NCBI RefSeq assembly: GCF_004010195.1
Contig: NC_057719.1
Coordinates: 31,042,957-31,106,956, forward strand
Length of the DNA: 64,000 nt
Source: Chiloscyllium plagiosum
Taxonomy: Eukaryota
Direction: 5' to 3'
Shown here: one piece after another, positions 1 to 13,317 of the stretch
Numbering within the stretch: the stretch's first letter is position 1
Layout: every line of letters begins with the position of its first letter
The notes under the pieces: model-generated
What the model saw: the letters and a program-made list of their open reading frames with translations, nothing else
Databases searched by the model: none
Told to the model about the DNA's origin: nothing
Program-made: the position numbers and the translations under genes

Positions 1-267
1 CCCGAAGAGTGCTAGCAAACCTACCCTCCAGGATATTGGTGCCCTTCTGGTTCAGGTGCCACCCGTCCTGTTTGTACAGGTCCCACCTTCCCCAGAATGC
101 AGTCCAATTGTCCAAATATCTGAAGCCCTCCCTCCTACACCAGCCTTGCAGCCACGTGTTCAACTGCACTCTCTCCCTATTCTTTGCCTCACTGTCACGT
201 GGCACCGGCAACAACCCAGAGATGACGACTCTGTCTGTCCTAGCTTTTAGCTTCCAGCCTAACTCCT
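1..267 (-). mobile_element. CR1 LINE ORF1 fragment (SGNH esterase domain)
   Basis: Minus strand reads RVVISGLLPVPR...QLNTWLQGWCRREGFRYLDNW...DLYKQDGWHLNQKG, containing the esterase DGxH motif; homologous to 62276-62500. Confidence 0.85.
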
Positions 268-1009
268 TGACCCCTGGTTTTGGATTTTTCCACAAGAGGA
301 AATCTCCTTTTTGCATCCAAACTATCAAGTCCTTCCTGGATCTTATTTTTCATTTAAGTCAGCTCTGGCTCTTCTAAACTTCAGAGAATACAGGCCCAGC
401 CTCTCATATTACAGTGTGCCTATTTTAGATTTTAGTGTAGTACTCCTTCTGTAAGCTGCTTCCAATGCATTAACATCCTTTGGTAAGTGGGGTGACCAGT
501 ACTGTATACAGTACTCCAGATATGATCTCATCAGTACCCTGTATAACCTCCCTGTTTCTGCATTCAATTTCTTTTGCAATAAAACATAGCATTCTCTTAG
601 CTGTCCTGATTACTTGCACTGCCTGTATGCTAACCTTCTGCAATTTATTGCACTTCTTTCAGTCTAGTGTACTGTGTTTGCTGCTCACAGCATGCTTGCC
701 TGTATACTGGTGAGAGCAAACATAAAGTGGGTGATTGCTTTCTGCAACACCTCTTTGTTTGTAGCAATGATTCCAACCCTGCCGAAATTTGCCATTTCAA
801 TACATCATCTTGCACTCATTAATACATTTCTGTCATGGGCCTGCTGCAAAGTTTTGGCATTAGAAACTCTGTTTCAATGGCCAGCAAGCATGACTGTTCA
901 AAGAGTGAATGTCACAGTTTCAATTTTATTACTATATTTGTGGTATAACCTCTGGTTTATTAGCACAGATCCATTTGCGGTGAATATGCATTTTGGTTCT
1001 CTCCTTATG

Positions 1010-1790
1010 TCAGTGAGACATAGAGATATACACCATGGAAACAGACCCTTTGGTCCAACTTGTCCATGCCAACCAGATATCCCAACCCAATCTGGTCCCA
1101 TCTGCCAACACCTGGCCCATAACCCTCCAAATCCTTCCTATTCATATACCCATCCAGATGACTTTTAAATGTTGCAATTGTACCAGCCTCCACCAATTCC
1201 TCTGGCAGCTCATTCCATACACGTACGTGCAAAAGTTGCCCCTCAAGTGTCTTTTATATCTTTTCTCTCTCACCCAAAACCTATGCCCTCTAGTTCTGGA
1301 CGCCCCTACCCTAGGGAAAAGAATTTGACTATTTATCCAATCCATGCCCCTCATTATTTTGTAAATCTCTATAAGGTCACCCCTCAGTCTCCGATACTCC
1401 AGGGAAAACAGACCCAGCCTCTCCCTATAGCTCAAATCATTCAACCCTGGCAATATCCTTGAAATCTTTTCTGAACCCTTTTAAGTTTCACAACATCTTT
1501 CCAATAGGAAGGAGACCAGAATTGCACGCACTATTCCAAAAGTGGTCTAACCAAAGTCCTGTACAGCCGCAACATGACCTCCCAACTCCTGTACTCAATG
1601 CTCTGTCCAATAAAGGAAAGCACACCAACTGCAGCCTTCACTATCCTATCTACCTGCGACTCCACTCTTAAGGAGCTATGAACTTGCACTCCAAGGTCTC
1701 TTTGTTCAGAAACACTCCCTATGACCTTACGTTTAAGTGTATAAGTCCTGCTAAGATTTGCTTTCCCAAAATGCAGCACCTCACATTTAT
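1010..1790 (-). mobile_element. CR1 (HER1-like) LINE 3' fragment
   Basis: ORFs 1531-1779, 1142-1453 and 1005-1232 give CR1 ORF2 C-terminal motifs (LYRTLVRPLLE, GLFSLEYRRLRGDLIE, WNELPEE). Confidence 0.9.
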
Positions 1791-2154
1791 CTTTGGAAGG
1801 TTGGTGTGGACTCGACTGGCCAAATGTTGGGATTCTATGATATTTTGGTCAATGGACGATTTCACTCATGTTTAAGCAACACTGGCAAAGTATTATAAAC
1901 ATGTTCACACTTCAATTAGAATGGCCATTTATTTAATAGTTAACAATTGTATAAGCAGTCATTATTAGTTACAAGGTTTAATATTTTAAATATATTTCAG
2001 TTTATAAAGTACTATTTCCATTATTGATTCACAAGCTATTTCCTTGAATGAGGAGATTACCTGCTTTGACATTTTCAGTGTGTATTTGGACTGCTAATAT
2101 GAAATAAATCCCTCCAATTTTATATTAACCTTGAACTCTGAAGAACTGTGCATA

Positions 2155-2395
2155 CAGTGGAAACTCGATTATCCGAATGAGATGGGCGGGCAGTATTTCC
2201 TTCGGATAATCGATTATTCGGAAAATTGATTAAATGCCTTTACTCTGGGGCTCGGAGCTTTAAAGTCTGCTCCCCGTTCAGGAGACAAGCAGCAGCACAC
2301 ATTGCAGGGCACCCTGCCCCCAACACCGACCCCCGCTCGCCCCTAGAACCCAGTCCCCGTCCCCCAACCCGGTCCAACCCACCCCCCCGCATAAA
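2155..2395. mobile_element. pogo/Tigger-like DNA transposon end (truncated)
   Basis: TA followed by CAGTGGAAACTCGATTATCCGAA with internal repeats of the TTATCCGAA motif; same terminus type as 44220-44279. Confidence 0.6.
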
Positions 2396-2779
2396 AGATT
2401 ATCTCTCCAACCACTTTGTTAGTATTCTGACTAATTTTATAATAAAGTCGATAACAAGTTCTTCTGTGGTGGCTATCTTAATATTAGAGTTATTGCACCT
2501 GCATCACCTCTTTATCAACATTTACCATATGTCTTTAGTTTAGCTCAGAAATGACTGATGCCCGTTATAAGAGAAAAATGAGAATAGCTTGTATTTAGTG
2601 TCAACATTTATTGCTGTAACAACAACAGCAAAAGGTGATTGCTATTTCCCCTCTCAAACTGACAACTTAAGGGCTCCACATAGGTCAGAAGTTGCTGTCA
2701 GTAATTATATGCTTCTCCCCCTCTGTTTCTCTATCGAAACTGCTATTGCCTGTAATCAATTAGATATATCCAAGATGGA

Positions 2780-5700
2780 GGGTGGGAAAACGTTGTGGCT
2801 GTAAGAACTGCTTCTTTGAGGTATTTTAGGTGTTGGAAGTGATTTCCTTGAATTCCAGGAGCAACAATTACTGCTTTATATGCAGTTGCATTGTTTTAGA
2901 ATGTTGGAGAAAAAAATGTCAAAACAACGGCACTTTTATAAAGGAGAAGGACAGACAAAAGGCAGCACATGGTCAGTGAAGGAGAGAGAGAAATAAGCCT
3001 CCACTGTTAATTGACACAACAGTGAATCTGCATAGGTACTGCCTTTGCTATATGAATTCATGTATCTCTGGACATCGGAGTGCATCTAGAAAAACTTAAC
3101 AACAGCAAAATTCACAAGTGATCTTGAAGGAACCTGTGTGGGAGAGCTCACAGCACAGGAACAGATAAGTGCATAATTTTAACCTGTAACCTTGCGGTAA
3201 GTCTACAGTAGTGAATAGAGTGTATTCTTTCTTGATTGTATGTTTTATTGAAATCTGTCTCTTGATTAAATTGTAAAAATATACACTGTAAGTACTAAGT
3301 TAGCCTGGAGCACTTTTTATTTACAGCAAAACATGATGCTATTTTCTGGGTCTGTAGATTGTGAAGGAGCAAAGATGGCCTTTAGTAGAATGATATGCTC
3401 ATCTTGTTGGATGTGGGAGTTGAGGGAGAGTGTACATGTTACTAATGATTATGTCTGCAGGAAATGTCTTTGGTTGCGAATCCTATCAGATCGCATAGAT
3501 TGGTTGGAGCAACAGTTAGAGGCAGTGAGGAATTTATAAGAACCAGGGGGTGTGATGAATGGCATTTATAGGAAGGGAGAAAAGCCACAGATATAGTCAG
3601 ATAGATAGGTTAACTCTTGGAAAGGTAGGAGAAGTAGGCAGTTAATACAGGAGTCTTCTGTGGCTATCCCCACTTCAAATAAGTATGCTGTTTTGGAAAC
3701 TTTAGGGTGTGATGGACTCTCAGGGGAGTGTACCCCGAACATCCAAGTTTCTGGTATCGAGACAGACTAAAGGAAATGAATGGTACATCGGGTTCCAAGT
3801 GATCAGTTGTGTTAGGGGACTCTCTAATCTGAGGCACAGATGTTTGCAGATAAATGGAAAGCCTTCAGAATTGAGATAATGAGAGTCCAGAGATAGCATG
3901 TTCCTATGAGGGTGAAAGGAAAGGCTGGTGGTTGGAGGCAATACTGGAAGACTAGAGAAATTGAGGTTTTGGTTATGAAAAAGAAGAAAGCATGTGTTAG
4001 GTGTAGAGACAGGAGAGATTGAGAGAATCCTTAGAAGAGTATAAAGGCAGTAGGGGTATACTTAAGAGGGAAATCAGAAGGGCAAAAAGGTGAATAAGAT
4101 AGCTTTAGCAAATAGGGTAAAGGAGAATCCAAAGGGATTTTATAAATACATTAAAGACAAAAGGATAACAAGGAATAGAATAGGGCCCCTCAAAGATCAA
4201 CAAGGCAGTCTGTCTGTGGAGCTGTAGGAGATAGGGGAGAAACTAAACAAGTATTTGTATCAGTGTTTACTGTGGAGAAGGTCGTGGAACATATAGATTG
4301 TGGGGAAATAGATAGTGACATCTTGAAAAAATATCCAAATTACAGAGGAGGAAGTCCTGGGTGTCTTGAAAACACATAAAAGTGGATAATTCATCAGGAC
4401 CTGATCAGGTGTACCCTAGAACTCTGTGATAAGCTAGCAAAGTGATTGTTGGGCTCCTTGCTGAGATATTTGCATCATTGATAGTCACAGGTGAGGTGCT
4501 GGAAGACTGCAAGTTGGTTATTGTGGTACTGTGAAGGTGGCAAGGTGAAGAAAGGTGGCAAGGACAAGCCAGGGAAGTGTGGTGAGCCTGACGTCAGTGG
4601 TGTGTAGAATGTTGGAGGGAATCCTAAGGTGATAAAGTACAGACAGGATTTATAAGTATTTGGAAAGGCAAGGATTAATTGGGGATAGTGAGCTTGGCTT
4701 TGTGCGTAGGAAATCATGGCTCACAAACTTGATTATGTTTTTTGAAGAAGTATCGAAGAGGATTGATGAGGGTAGAGTGGTGGATGTGGTCTGTATGGAC
4801 TTCAGTAAGGTATTCAACAAGGTTCCCCATGGGAGACTGGTTAGCAAGGTTGGATTGCATGGAATACCAGGAGAACTAGCCATTTGGATACAGAACTGGC
4901 TCAAAGATAGAAGACTGTGTGGTAGTGGAGGGTGCTCTTCAGACTGGAGGCTTGTGACCGGTGGTGTGCTACAAAGATGGGTTCTGGGTCCTCTACTTTT
5001 CATCATTTTTATAAATGATTTGGATGTGAACATGGGAGGTATAGTTAGTAAGTTTGAAGATGACACCAAAATTGGAGGTGTAGTGGACAGCAAAGAAGGT
5101 TACCTCAGTTTACAACGAGATCTTGATCAGATGGGCCAGTGGGCTGAGGAGTGGCAGGTGGAGTTTAATTTAGATAAAAGCGAGGTGCTGCATTTTGGGA
5201 AAGTGAATCAGAGCAGGACTTATACGCTTAATGGTAAGGTACTAGGGAGTGTTGCTGAATAAAGAGACTTTGGAGTGCAGGTTCATAGCTGCTTGAACGT
5301 GGAGTTGCAGATAGATTGGATAGTGAAGAAGGCGTTTGGTATACTTTCCTTTATTCATCAGAGCATTGAGTGTAGGAGTTGGGAGGTCATGTTGCGGCTG
5401 TACAGGACATTTGTTCGGCCACTTTTGGAATATTGCGTGTAATTCTGGTCTCTTTCCTATCGGAAGGATGTTGTGAAACTTGAAAGGGTTCAGAAAAGAT
5501 TTACAAGGATTTTGCCAGGGTTGAATGATTTGAGCTATAGGCAGAGGCTGAACAGGCTGGGGCTGTTTTCCCTGGAGCGTCGGAGGCTGAGTGGTGACCT
5601 TATAGAGGTTATAAAATCATGAAGGGCACAGATAGGATAAACAGACAAAGTCTTTTCCCTGGGGTGAGTGAGGGTATAGGTTTAGAGTGAGAGGGGAAAG

Positions 5701-5962
5701 ATATAAAAGGGACCTAAGGGGCATCATTTTCACACAGAGGGTGGTGCGAGTATGGAATGAGCATCAGAGGAAGTGGTGCAGGCTGATACAATTGCAATAT
5801 TGAAAAGGCATCTGGATGGGTACATGAATAGGAAGGATTTCAAGGGATATGGGTCAAGTGCTGGCAGGTAGGACTAGATTAGGTCAGGATATCTAGTCAG
5901 AATGGATGAGTACCAAAGGGTCTGTTTCCGTGCTATACATTTCTATGATTCTATGACTCTGT
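2780..5962 (+). mobile_element. CR1 LINE with 5' UTR and ORF1 start, internal deletion, RT and 3' tail
   Basis: 5' UTR homologous to 45000-45270 (-); ORF1 CxxC..CxxC finger plus zipper (CSSCWMWE..CRKC); jump near 3850 into the ORF2 linker; RT motifs in 4660-5262 (MDFSKVFNKVPH, KFEDDTKIGG); tail TTCTATGATTCTATGA. Confidence 0.9.
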
Positions 5963-6509
5963 AACTGACAAGAACTTCCCCTTTATAGTGTAATGTAGCT
6001 GTTAATTCAAATCAGTCAAATAAGTTTCAAATCATATCGTAAGCCTTAGTTGCTGCTGAAAAATGTACTTAGCCTTGGAAAACTAATTATACATGTGTAA
6101 TGTCAATGTTTTCCATTTTGAGAAAAGTTTCATGTTCTTTGATATAAACATTTAAATTTGTTGAATATTTGAGCTTTTTAACTATTAATTTTGCTCTGTG
6201 AAAAGTTAATAAAAGTGAATGATTATTGATACATCTTATTTCCATTTCTGCTTGAGACAGTTCTTCAATTAGGCAATTCTACACTGTTTGCTGCATCCTA
6301 AGCTAACTGTAGCAATTCTTGCAAATAGTTTGATTCCATTTAATGGGTTTTGCATTTGTCAGATCCATAATGTAAATACCCAGCCATCTTAGACGTTGTG
6401 CCTTCAAATCACTGGAGTATTTCATAGTCTTTTTAGATTGCAATCAGTGGTTTCCAGCCAGTAATTTCATAATATCACTTTTTATTCGGCATGATTTTGT
6501 AACATGACT

Positions 6510-6900
6510 TTTTAAATTCTTTCCTGGGATATCTATGTCTTTGGCAAAGCCATCATTATTGACAATTTGCTCTCCATGTGTCCATTTGACTGTGATTGTT
6601 CGGCCATGTCAGGCAGCAGTTAGAAGTCAAAAATATTGCTGTGGCTCTGGAGTTGGATGTGAGCCAGATCAGGTAAGATTGGCAGACTCTGTTTTCTAAA
6701 CAAATTGGTGACCCAGATGAGGTTTTCGAGCAATGAATGATAGTTTGAAAGACATTATTATTGAAACTAGCTTTCAGTTCGAGATTTATTAATTGAATTT
6801 AAATTCCAACTGCTGCCATGGCAAGATTTGAAGCCATGCCCTCAAGAATATTAGCCTAGGTCTCTGTGACATTATCATGCCACCATCTCATGATTTCCCT
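6510..6900 (-). mobile_element. Old tRNA-derived SINE (SacSINE1/DeuSINE-like)
   Basis: Diverged homolog of 60460-60810. Confidence 0.5.
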
Positions 6901-8513
6901 GTTGTTATTTTAAGACCTTGTTCTATGCAAGTTGGCGGCTGTATTTTCAACATTAAAATAGTGACTACACTTCAAAAGAACTAAATTTCCTGTTAAGGTT
7001 TTGAGAAGTTCTGGGTTTTAAAAGGATGTATATAAATGTATACTTGTTCTGTCTTTTTATGGATTGTGCCCGTACCTCGTTCCTGATCTTATTTATTCAT
7101 AATACAGTGATGAATTGTTAGTGGCAGGATATATTGTGTTTGCCCAGTCACATTCTTACTATTATTGGTTGATAGCAAGTGAGTTTGATATGAAAGACTT
7201 CTTTCATTTTATGTTCCTTTTCTTACTGTGGTTAACCTCAATGATCTGTCAGAAAATGTGTTGTGCCAGTTAGTTGATATTTTAATCATCAGTAGACGAT
7301 ATTGTATGAACCCTTTACTTGGGTTGAGATGAGATCCTAGATTTCAGTTGCAAGTTTACCGCTGTGATATATTTAACAACCTTCATCGGAAAGCTACCTG
7401 CATAATTTGGTAAAAATTGGCCATCTAATTTAATGAGGCTTCAAGGATGTCTAATATAGAAAGTGAAAAATCAAGGATATATTTGGAGTTTCTTTTCATA
7501 GGAGGAGGGCTTTAAACTAATTGAGAGGGAAGGTTTGGGAAATATTGGCTTCCAAAGCAAGAAAATATGGTAAAATTACTGGGCAGCAATTTAGTTAATG
7601 ATACCCAGGTGGGACAGGAAGGGACAGAGAATACAAACATAGAAAAATAGCATAAATAGGGTCAAAAGGGAATTAATGGCTATGTACTTAAATGCTTGTA
7701 GAATTAGGGGCAAAATAAATGAGTTAATCACACAAAAATGGGTTTAATTGGTCTGATCGTATAGTCATTACAGAGATATGGTTACAAGGAGATCAAAGCG
7801 AGTACCTAAATATTCAGGAGTGTGATGTTTTGAAAGGTCAGGCAGGAAGGAGAGGGTGATGGGTACTATTGTTCACACAAATCGAATATCTATCATTTCA
7901 AGAAGTGATCTTGAATTGGAAGATGTAGTATCTATATTTCTGGAGGTGAGAAATAAAAGGGGAAAGAAGACACTGGTGGCAATAGTCTGTACGCTTACTA
8001 CCAGTAGCTATATGGTGGGGCAGAGAATCAATCAGGCAATAATGAGTGCCTATAACATTCGTGGGTCATTTTAATTTTCATATAGATTGGGATAGTCAGA
8101 TTGGCAGAGGAAGCCAGAAGGAAGAATTCATAGTATATATTTGGGACAGTTTCCTTGAACAGTATGTTGTGGCTCCAACCAGAGATCAGGCTATTTTGGA
8201 CCTGGTGATGTACAATGAGACAAATTTAATAAATAATGTCAGAGTAAAAGATCCCTTCAGAAACATTGACCATAATATGTAGAATTTAACATTCAGCTTA
8301 AGAGGCAAGAACCTAGGTCGGAAACAATTGTATCTATTTTAAAAGAGGATAATTACAAAGGAATGAGAGCAGGATGGCTGGAGTGGATTGGAGAAGGAGT
8401 TTAGCAGCAAAGACAATTGAGGAACAATGGCAGACCTTTAAGAAAATAGTTCGTGGCTCACAGCAAAGGCAGATTTCAATGAGGTTGAAGGATTCTCAGA
8501 AGGAGATAAGCCA

Positions 8514-8640
8514 GGAGAAAGTGAGGACTGCAGATGCTGGAGATCAGAGCTGAAAAATGTGTTGCTGGAAAATCAAAGCAGGTCAGGCAGTATCCAAGGA
8601 GCAGGAGAATCGATGTTTCGGGCATAAGCCCTTCTTCAGG
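8514..8640 (-). mobile_element. Penelope-like element end (family A) with hammerhead motif
   Basis: Flanked by direct repeat AGGAGATAAGCCA; minus strand has CTGAAGA-A-GGGC-TTAT-GCCC-GAAA-CATC. Confidence 0.8.
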
Positions 8641-9760
8641 AGATAAGCCAACCATGGTGAACTAGTCAAGTTAAAGATAGCATTAGATTGAAAGAAAAAA
8701 TATACAATGTGGCAAAGATTAGTAGTAACCAAAGGAATAGGATGTTTCCAAAACCCAATAACAGAAAACCAGAAAAAAAGAAAAAATAAACTTGGAGGAT
8801 AAACTTGCAAGTTGTATCAAGATGGACAACAAACGCATCTTCAAATATATGAAAAGAAAGAGAAAAGCTAAAGGGCCTCTGTTCACTTTAGAAAATGAGG
8901 CTAGGGAAATAATAATGTGGACCCAGGAAATGACAAATGAGTTGAATAAATACTTTTCATCAGTTTTCACAATAGAAGACACTAATAACATCCCAAAATT
9001 ATTAAACATTCAAAGGTCAAAAGGAGGAGAGAAAATAAAGATCACTACAGAAGAAGTGCTAGGGAAACTAATAGGGCGAGAAACTGGTAAATCCCCTAGA
9101 CCTGATGGATGCATTCTAGGATATTAAAGAAAGTAGCTACAGAGGCAGTGGAGACTCTGGTAATAAGCTTAGTGAATTCTGGAAAAGTTTCAGAGAATTC
9201 GAAGTCTGACAATGTTACATCTTTATTTTGAAAGGGAAGGAGGCAAAAAAAGGTAATTAAAGGCAAGTTAACTTATCATCTGTTATTGGAAAAATGTTAG
9301 TATTATCAATGATGTAATAACAGAACACTTAGAAATGCATGAAGAAGGAGAAAGTTACATCTAACAAATTTACTAAATTCTTTGAAGAGGTTAAAAGCCT
9401 CTATGAAAAGGAGAAACAGTGGATGTAATATATTTAGACTTTCAGAAGGCGTTTCATAAGGGGTTCTCCATTTGGCTACTTCAAAAGTTAATATCCTGTG
9501 GTGTTGGAAATAATATATAAACATGGATAAAGGATAGGCTTACTAACAAAATCAGAGGGTTACAATAAGGGGACATTTTCAGGATTGCAACCAATAACTA
9601 GTGGTGTGCCACAGGGATCAGTATTGGGGTCACAGTTATTTAAAATGTATATCAATCACTTGGATGAGAAAAGTGAACGTACTTTAGCCAAGTTTGCAGA
9701 CAACACAAAATTAGGTGGGAAGGCACATGGTGAAAATGACACAACGAGGAATACTGTATG

Positions 9761-10712
9761 TAGGTAGTTCATCTATAACATGGTAATTGTGTTTCCATGT
9801 GACATTGTGTTATAGAAAATCGGGCAATAAAAGTAATGGAGCCTATGGGAAAAACAGGGTTAGGGACTCCAGTTTAACGAACCTAGCCATTTATGGTCAG
9901 TTACAGAAACGCCAAGTTGTTACAAGCAAAATTTCCCAATGTATTATTGTGTTCCCAGCTCCTTGTGGAGTGGAGTTTACCAGAACCCGGCTCTCTGCCA
10001 TTAAACTTTGGGAAACTTCTGAAAGTTTTTTTTGGCACAAGTAAGATCTCCTTTTCTTTGAGGGGGTAGCTAATGGGCTGAGATGCTCTGTATGGCTGGA
10101 GGTTTTGATGGGTCTTCACTTCAGAAAGAATGAGGGGTTGAGATTTTCAGATCCTCCCCCTATTTTAAAACGGAGACTAGGTGAACTGGGATCAGGCATT
10201 ACTGGGTGATGCGTGGGTGGGGATAGGTAATGATCGCCAGTATGTCTGACTTCAGTTTCGCACTCCCCCGCCCCACCATCACACACCTACACCCTTTCTA
10301 GTAAAGTTTCTGTGTGTTGAAGCTTCGGATAGCCAGCAACTGAGATTCTGCTTAACAAAAGGCCCTGCTTACTCTCCAACACTCACTGGACATCACTGTA
10401 TTTGTACCTTCTTTCGCTCCCTATCACCATCTCTCTCTTCCTGCTCCTCAACCCCTCAACCCCATGCATGATCTCAGTAAGCATTCCAGTAAAATATTCC
10501 AATGTTCACTTCCCCTACCTTAGTTGCAGATAGAAGCTAAACATACGCAGAGACGACAACCTGTTGCAATAAATGCACCAGCAGAATAAATCACAGTCGG
10601 CTGGTAATACGGGGATTGAATCGCGTAACAGCGAACGGGAGTTCACTTTATTAAAAAAGTCTGCAATTCACAAATCACGTTTATGAAATATGTGTTATCG
10701 GAGAAATACCTG
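9761..10712. mobile_element. pogo/Tigger-like non-autonomous DNA transposon inserted in the CR1 RT
   Basis: Imperfect TIRs TAGGTAGTTCATCTATAACA and (revcomp) CAGGTATTTCTCCGATAACA, TA at the right end; CR1 sequence continues across it. Confidence 0.7.
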
Positions 10713-11481
10713 TATACAGTTTAAGTGGGTGAGCAAAAACTTGGCAGATGAAGTATAATGTGGGGAAATGTGAGGTTATGCACATTGGCAGAAAGAAAAG
10801 AACAGTCGAACATTATGTAAATAAAGGAACTCTGCAGAAAGCTGTGGAACATAGGAATTTGAGAGTCCTTGACCATGAATTACAAAAAGCTTGCGTCCAA
10901 AAGTACAGGGAATAGGGAAGGCAAATGGAATGTTGACCTTTAATTTAAAGAGAACAGAATATGTAAGTATGAAGATTTTTCTAAAACTATACAAGGCATT
11001 CATCAGACCACAGCTGGAATACTGTGAACGTTTTTTGCCCCTTATCTTAGGAAAGATACACTGACATTGGAGGCAGTCCAGAAGGTTTCACTAGGTTGAT
11101 ACCAGGTATGGAGGGACTGTCTTATGAGGAGAGGTTAAATACTTTGGGCTTGTACCTCGTTGGCATAGCAGAATGAGAGACAGCCTTAGTAAAACATATA
11201 GGATTCTTAAAGGCCTTGGCAGGTTAGGCGTGAAAAGGTTGTTTCCCCTTGTGTGAGAGTCTACAGCTAGAGAGCATAAGGAGTTGCACATCTAACACAG
11301 AGGTGAGGAATTTCTGCTCTGAGACTTATAAAGCTGTGGTATTCTTGACTATAGAAGAATGTTGAGATTTGGTCATCAAACATATTCAAGGCTGAGAGAG
11401 ATTTTTAATCTGTAAGTGTCATCACGTTCTCACGTCAGTCGAAGCAAAACACTCGGAGACACAGTGTAGTTTTACCTCACT

Positions 11482-12115
11482 TAAACACAGAGAGCTCGAA
11501 TCTCAATTAAGCACAGACAACTCGAACTCCAATACAACGCAGAGGACTTGAACCTCAAATTAAGCTCACCCAGGGGACTCGAACCTTAATTTAACCCACC
11601 AAGGGAACTCGAACCCCAATACAGCACAGAGAACTCAAACTTTGATTAAACCCACCCATGGCACTCAGACCCTAATACAACACAGAGAACTTGAACTTCA
11701 GTTAAGCCCATCCAGGGGTATTGAACCCCAATACAGTGCAGAGGACTCAAGAACTTCAATTAAACTCACCCAGGAGACACAAAACCCAATACAGTGCCGC
11801 GGACTCGAACTTCAGTTAAACCCATCCAGGGGACTCAACCCCCAATACAGCAGAGAGAACTCGAACTTCAATTAAGCCCGCCCAGGGGACTCAAACCCCA
11901 AAACAGCACAAAGGACTTGGACCTCAATTAAGCTCAGTGATGGGACTCGAACTTCAATACAGCGCGGAGGACTTGAACCTCAAATTACGCTCACCCAGGG
12001 GACTCGAACCTTAATTTAACCCACCAGGGGAATTCGAACCCCAATACAGCACAGAGAACTCAAACTTCAATTAAACCCACCCAGGGGACCTCAAACCCCA
12101 ATACAGTGCAGATGA
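11482..12115. repeat. Minisatellite of about 22 units of 26-31 bp in the ERV leader
   Basis: Recurring (G/A)ACTCGAAC(C/T) core with alternating spacing of about 26 and 30 bp; block 11521-11660 recurs at 11946-12085. Confidence 0.9.
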
Positions 12116-12299
12116 CTGAACGAATTACCATTCGAGGAGTCCGTTGAACAGAGAGCAATTGAACGAGGGGACCATTTCCGTCACACAGGAATATCGAGAG
12201 GGACCAAGGCTTAAAATCTTACCTTGTAGGCCCATCCGTCTCGAGATACCAATGTTTCAGGTGATCACCAACACCGTCCGATTCTAACTATTTGTTTGG

Positions 12300-12317
12300 A
12301 TCCTGCCGACTATGCCA
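12300..12317 (-). promoter_or_regulatory. Primer binding site, tRNA-Ser
   Basis: ATCCTGCCGACTATGCCA matches 17/18 to the vertebrate tRNA-Ser 3' end as I recall it (ATCCTGCCGACTACGCCA), 4 nt from the LTR edge. Confidence 0.85.
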
Positions 12318-12505
12318 AAATTGTCGTCTCGTTCCCGTTCAGTCAAAACAAAATGCTCAGAGACACAGTATCGTTTTACCTCCTTCATCTTTATTCCAGG
12401 CCTTGGAGGGAGAGAGAACGATCGCCCATGTACACAGGGACATGAGTTCTCGGTCACTATGAAACAGCAGTTTCTTAATGAATTATATAGTCACTTATAA
12501 TTCAT

Positions 12506-12815
12506 GGGCGGCACGGTGGCACAGTGGTTAGCACTGCTGTCTCACAGCGCCAGAGACCCGGGTTCAGTTCCCGCCTCAGGTGACTGACTTTGTGGAGTTT
12601 TCACGTTCTCCCCGTATCTGCGTGGGTTTCCTCCGGGTGCTCCGGTTTCCTCCCACAGTCCAAAGATGTGCAGGTCAGGTGAATTGGCTATGCTAAATTT
12701 CCCGTAGTGTTAGGTAAGGGGTAAATGTAGGGGTATGGGTGGGTTGCGCTTCGGCGGTTCGGTGTGGACTTGTTGGGCTTAAGGGCCTGTTTCCACACTG
12801 TAAAGTAATCTAATC
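12506..12815 (+). mobile_element. HE1-type V-SINE inside the ERV LTR
   Basis: tRNA head GGGCGGCACGGTGGCACAGTGGTTAGCACTG..GGTTCAGTTCC, V-core, TAATC tail. Confidence 0.9.
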
Positions 12816-13317
12816 TTTTAGGGAGGAGCATCCAGATATGGCAACATACATATTGATTAGGTGACCGTTACAATCAGTGAGTTCAGTAGTAGAGATTAAG
12901 CCATATACTGTTACACAATGAATGTACTTAACCTTGTTAACTGGCTTCACATAATGAATACTTTTCACCTTGTTAACTGATTTTACATACTGAATGTTTC
13001 TTCATCTTGTTAAATGGCTCTACGTAATGAATGCTTTTTCACCTTGTTAACCTTTGCCTCCAGCACCTCATTGTTTACTGCAAGTTCTTATCTGATCTGA
13101 GTCATGCTTAGCTGAACCTTTTGTTTCACAAAACTTAACTCTTTCCCTACTTGCTCATACCCTATGCACATTCCCATAAGGAAATCAAAGGTTATGGGAA
13201 AAGGTGGGGAAGTGGAGTTGAGGATTATCAGACCAACCGTGATATCATCGAATGTCTAAGACGTGAGTGGCCTACTTCTGCCCCTATGTCTTGTTGTCTC
13301 AAGGAAGAAATTCCAAT

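Larger units (their letters stand above)
11417..13176 (-). mobile_element. Internally deleted endogenous-retrovirus-like LTR element
   Basis: TG...CA ends, 4-bp TSD TAAG (11413-11416 / 13177-13180), full LTR 12322-13176, about 65 bp remnant of the other LTR at 11417-11481, PBS and leader splice donor; no coding sequence left. Confidence 0.85.
7500..13280 (+). mobile_element. Old CR1 ORF2 (APE-RT) to 3' end, interrupted by PLE, MITE and ERV insertions
   Basis: GHFNFHIDW, AILDLVM..N, ITSGVPQGSVLG and KFADNTKLGG fragments in order; the 3' end resumes at 13177 after the ERV. Confidence 0.85.

Noticed and set aside
674..1168. 164-aa hydrophobic ORF as a host membrane protein
   Set aside because: It runs from AT-rich sequence into an antisense CR1 tail with no recognisable motif or exon structure.
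11482..12115. CRISPR-like array
   Set aside because: The spacers are homologous to each other, the context is eukaryotic and there are no cas genes; it is a minisatellite.
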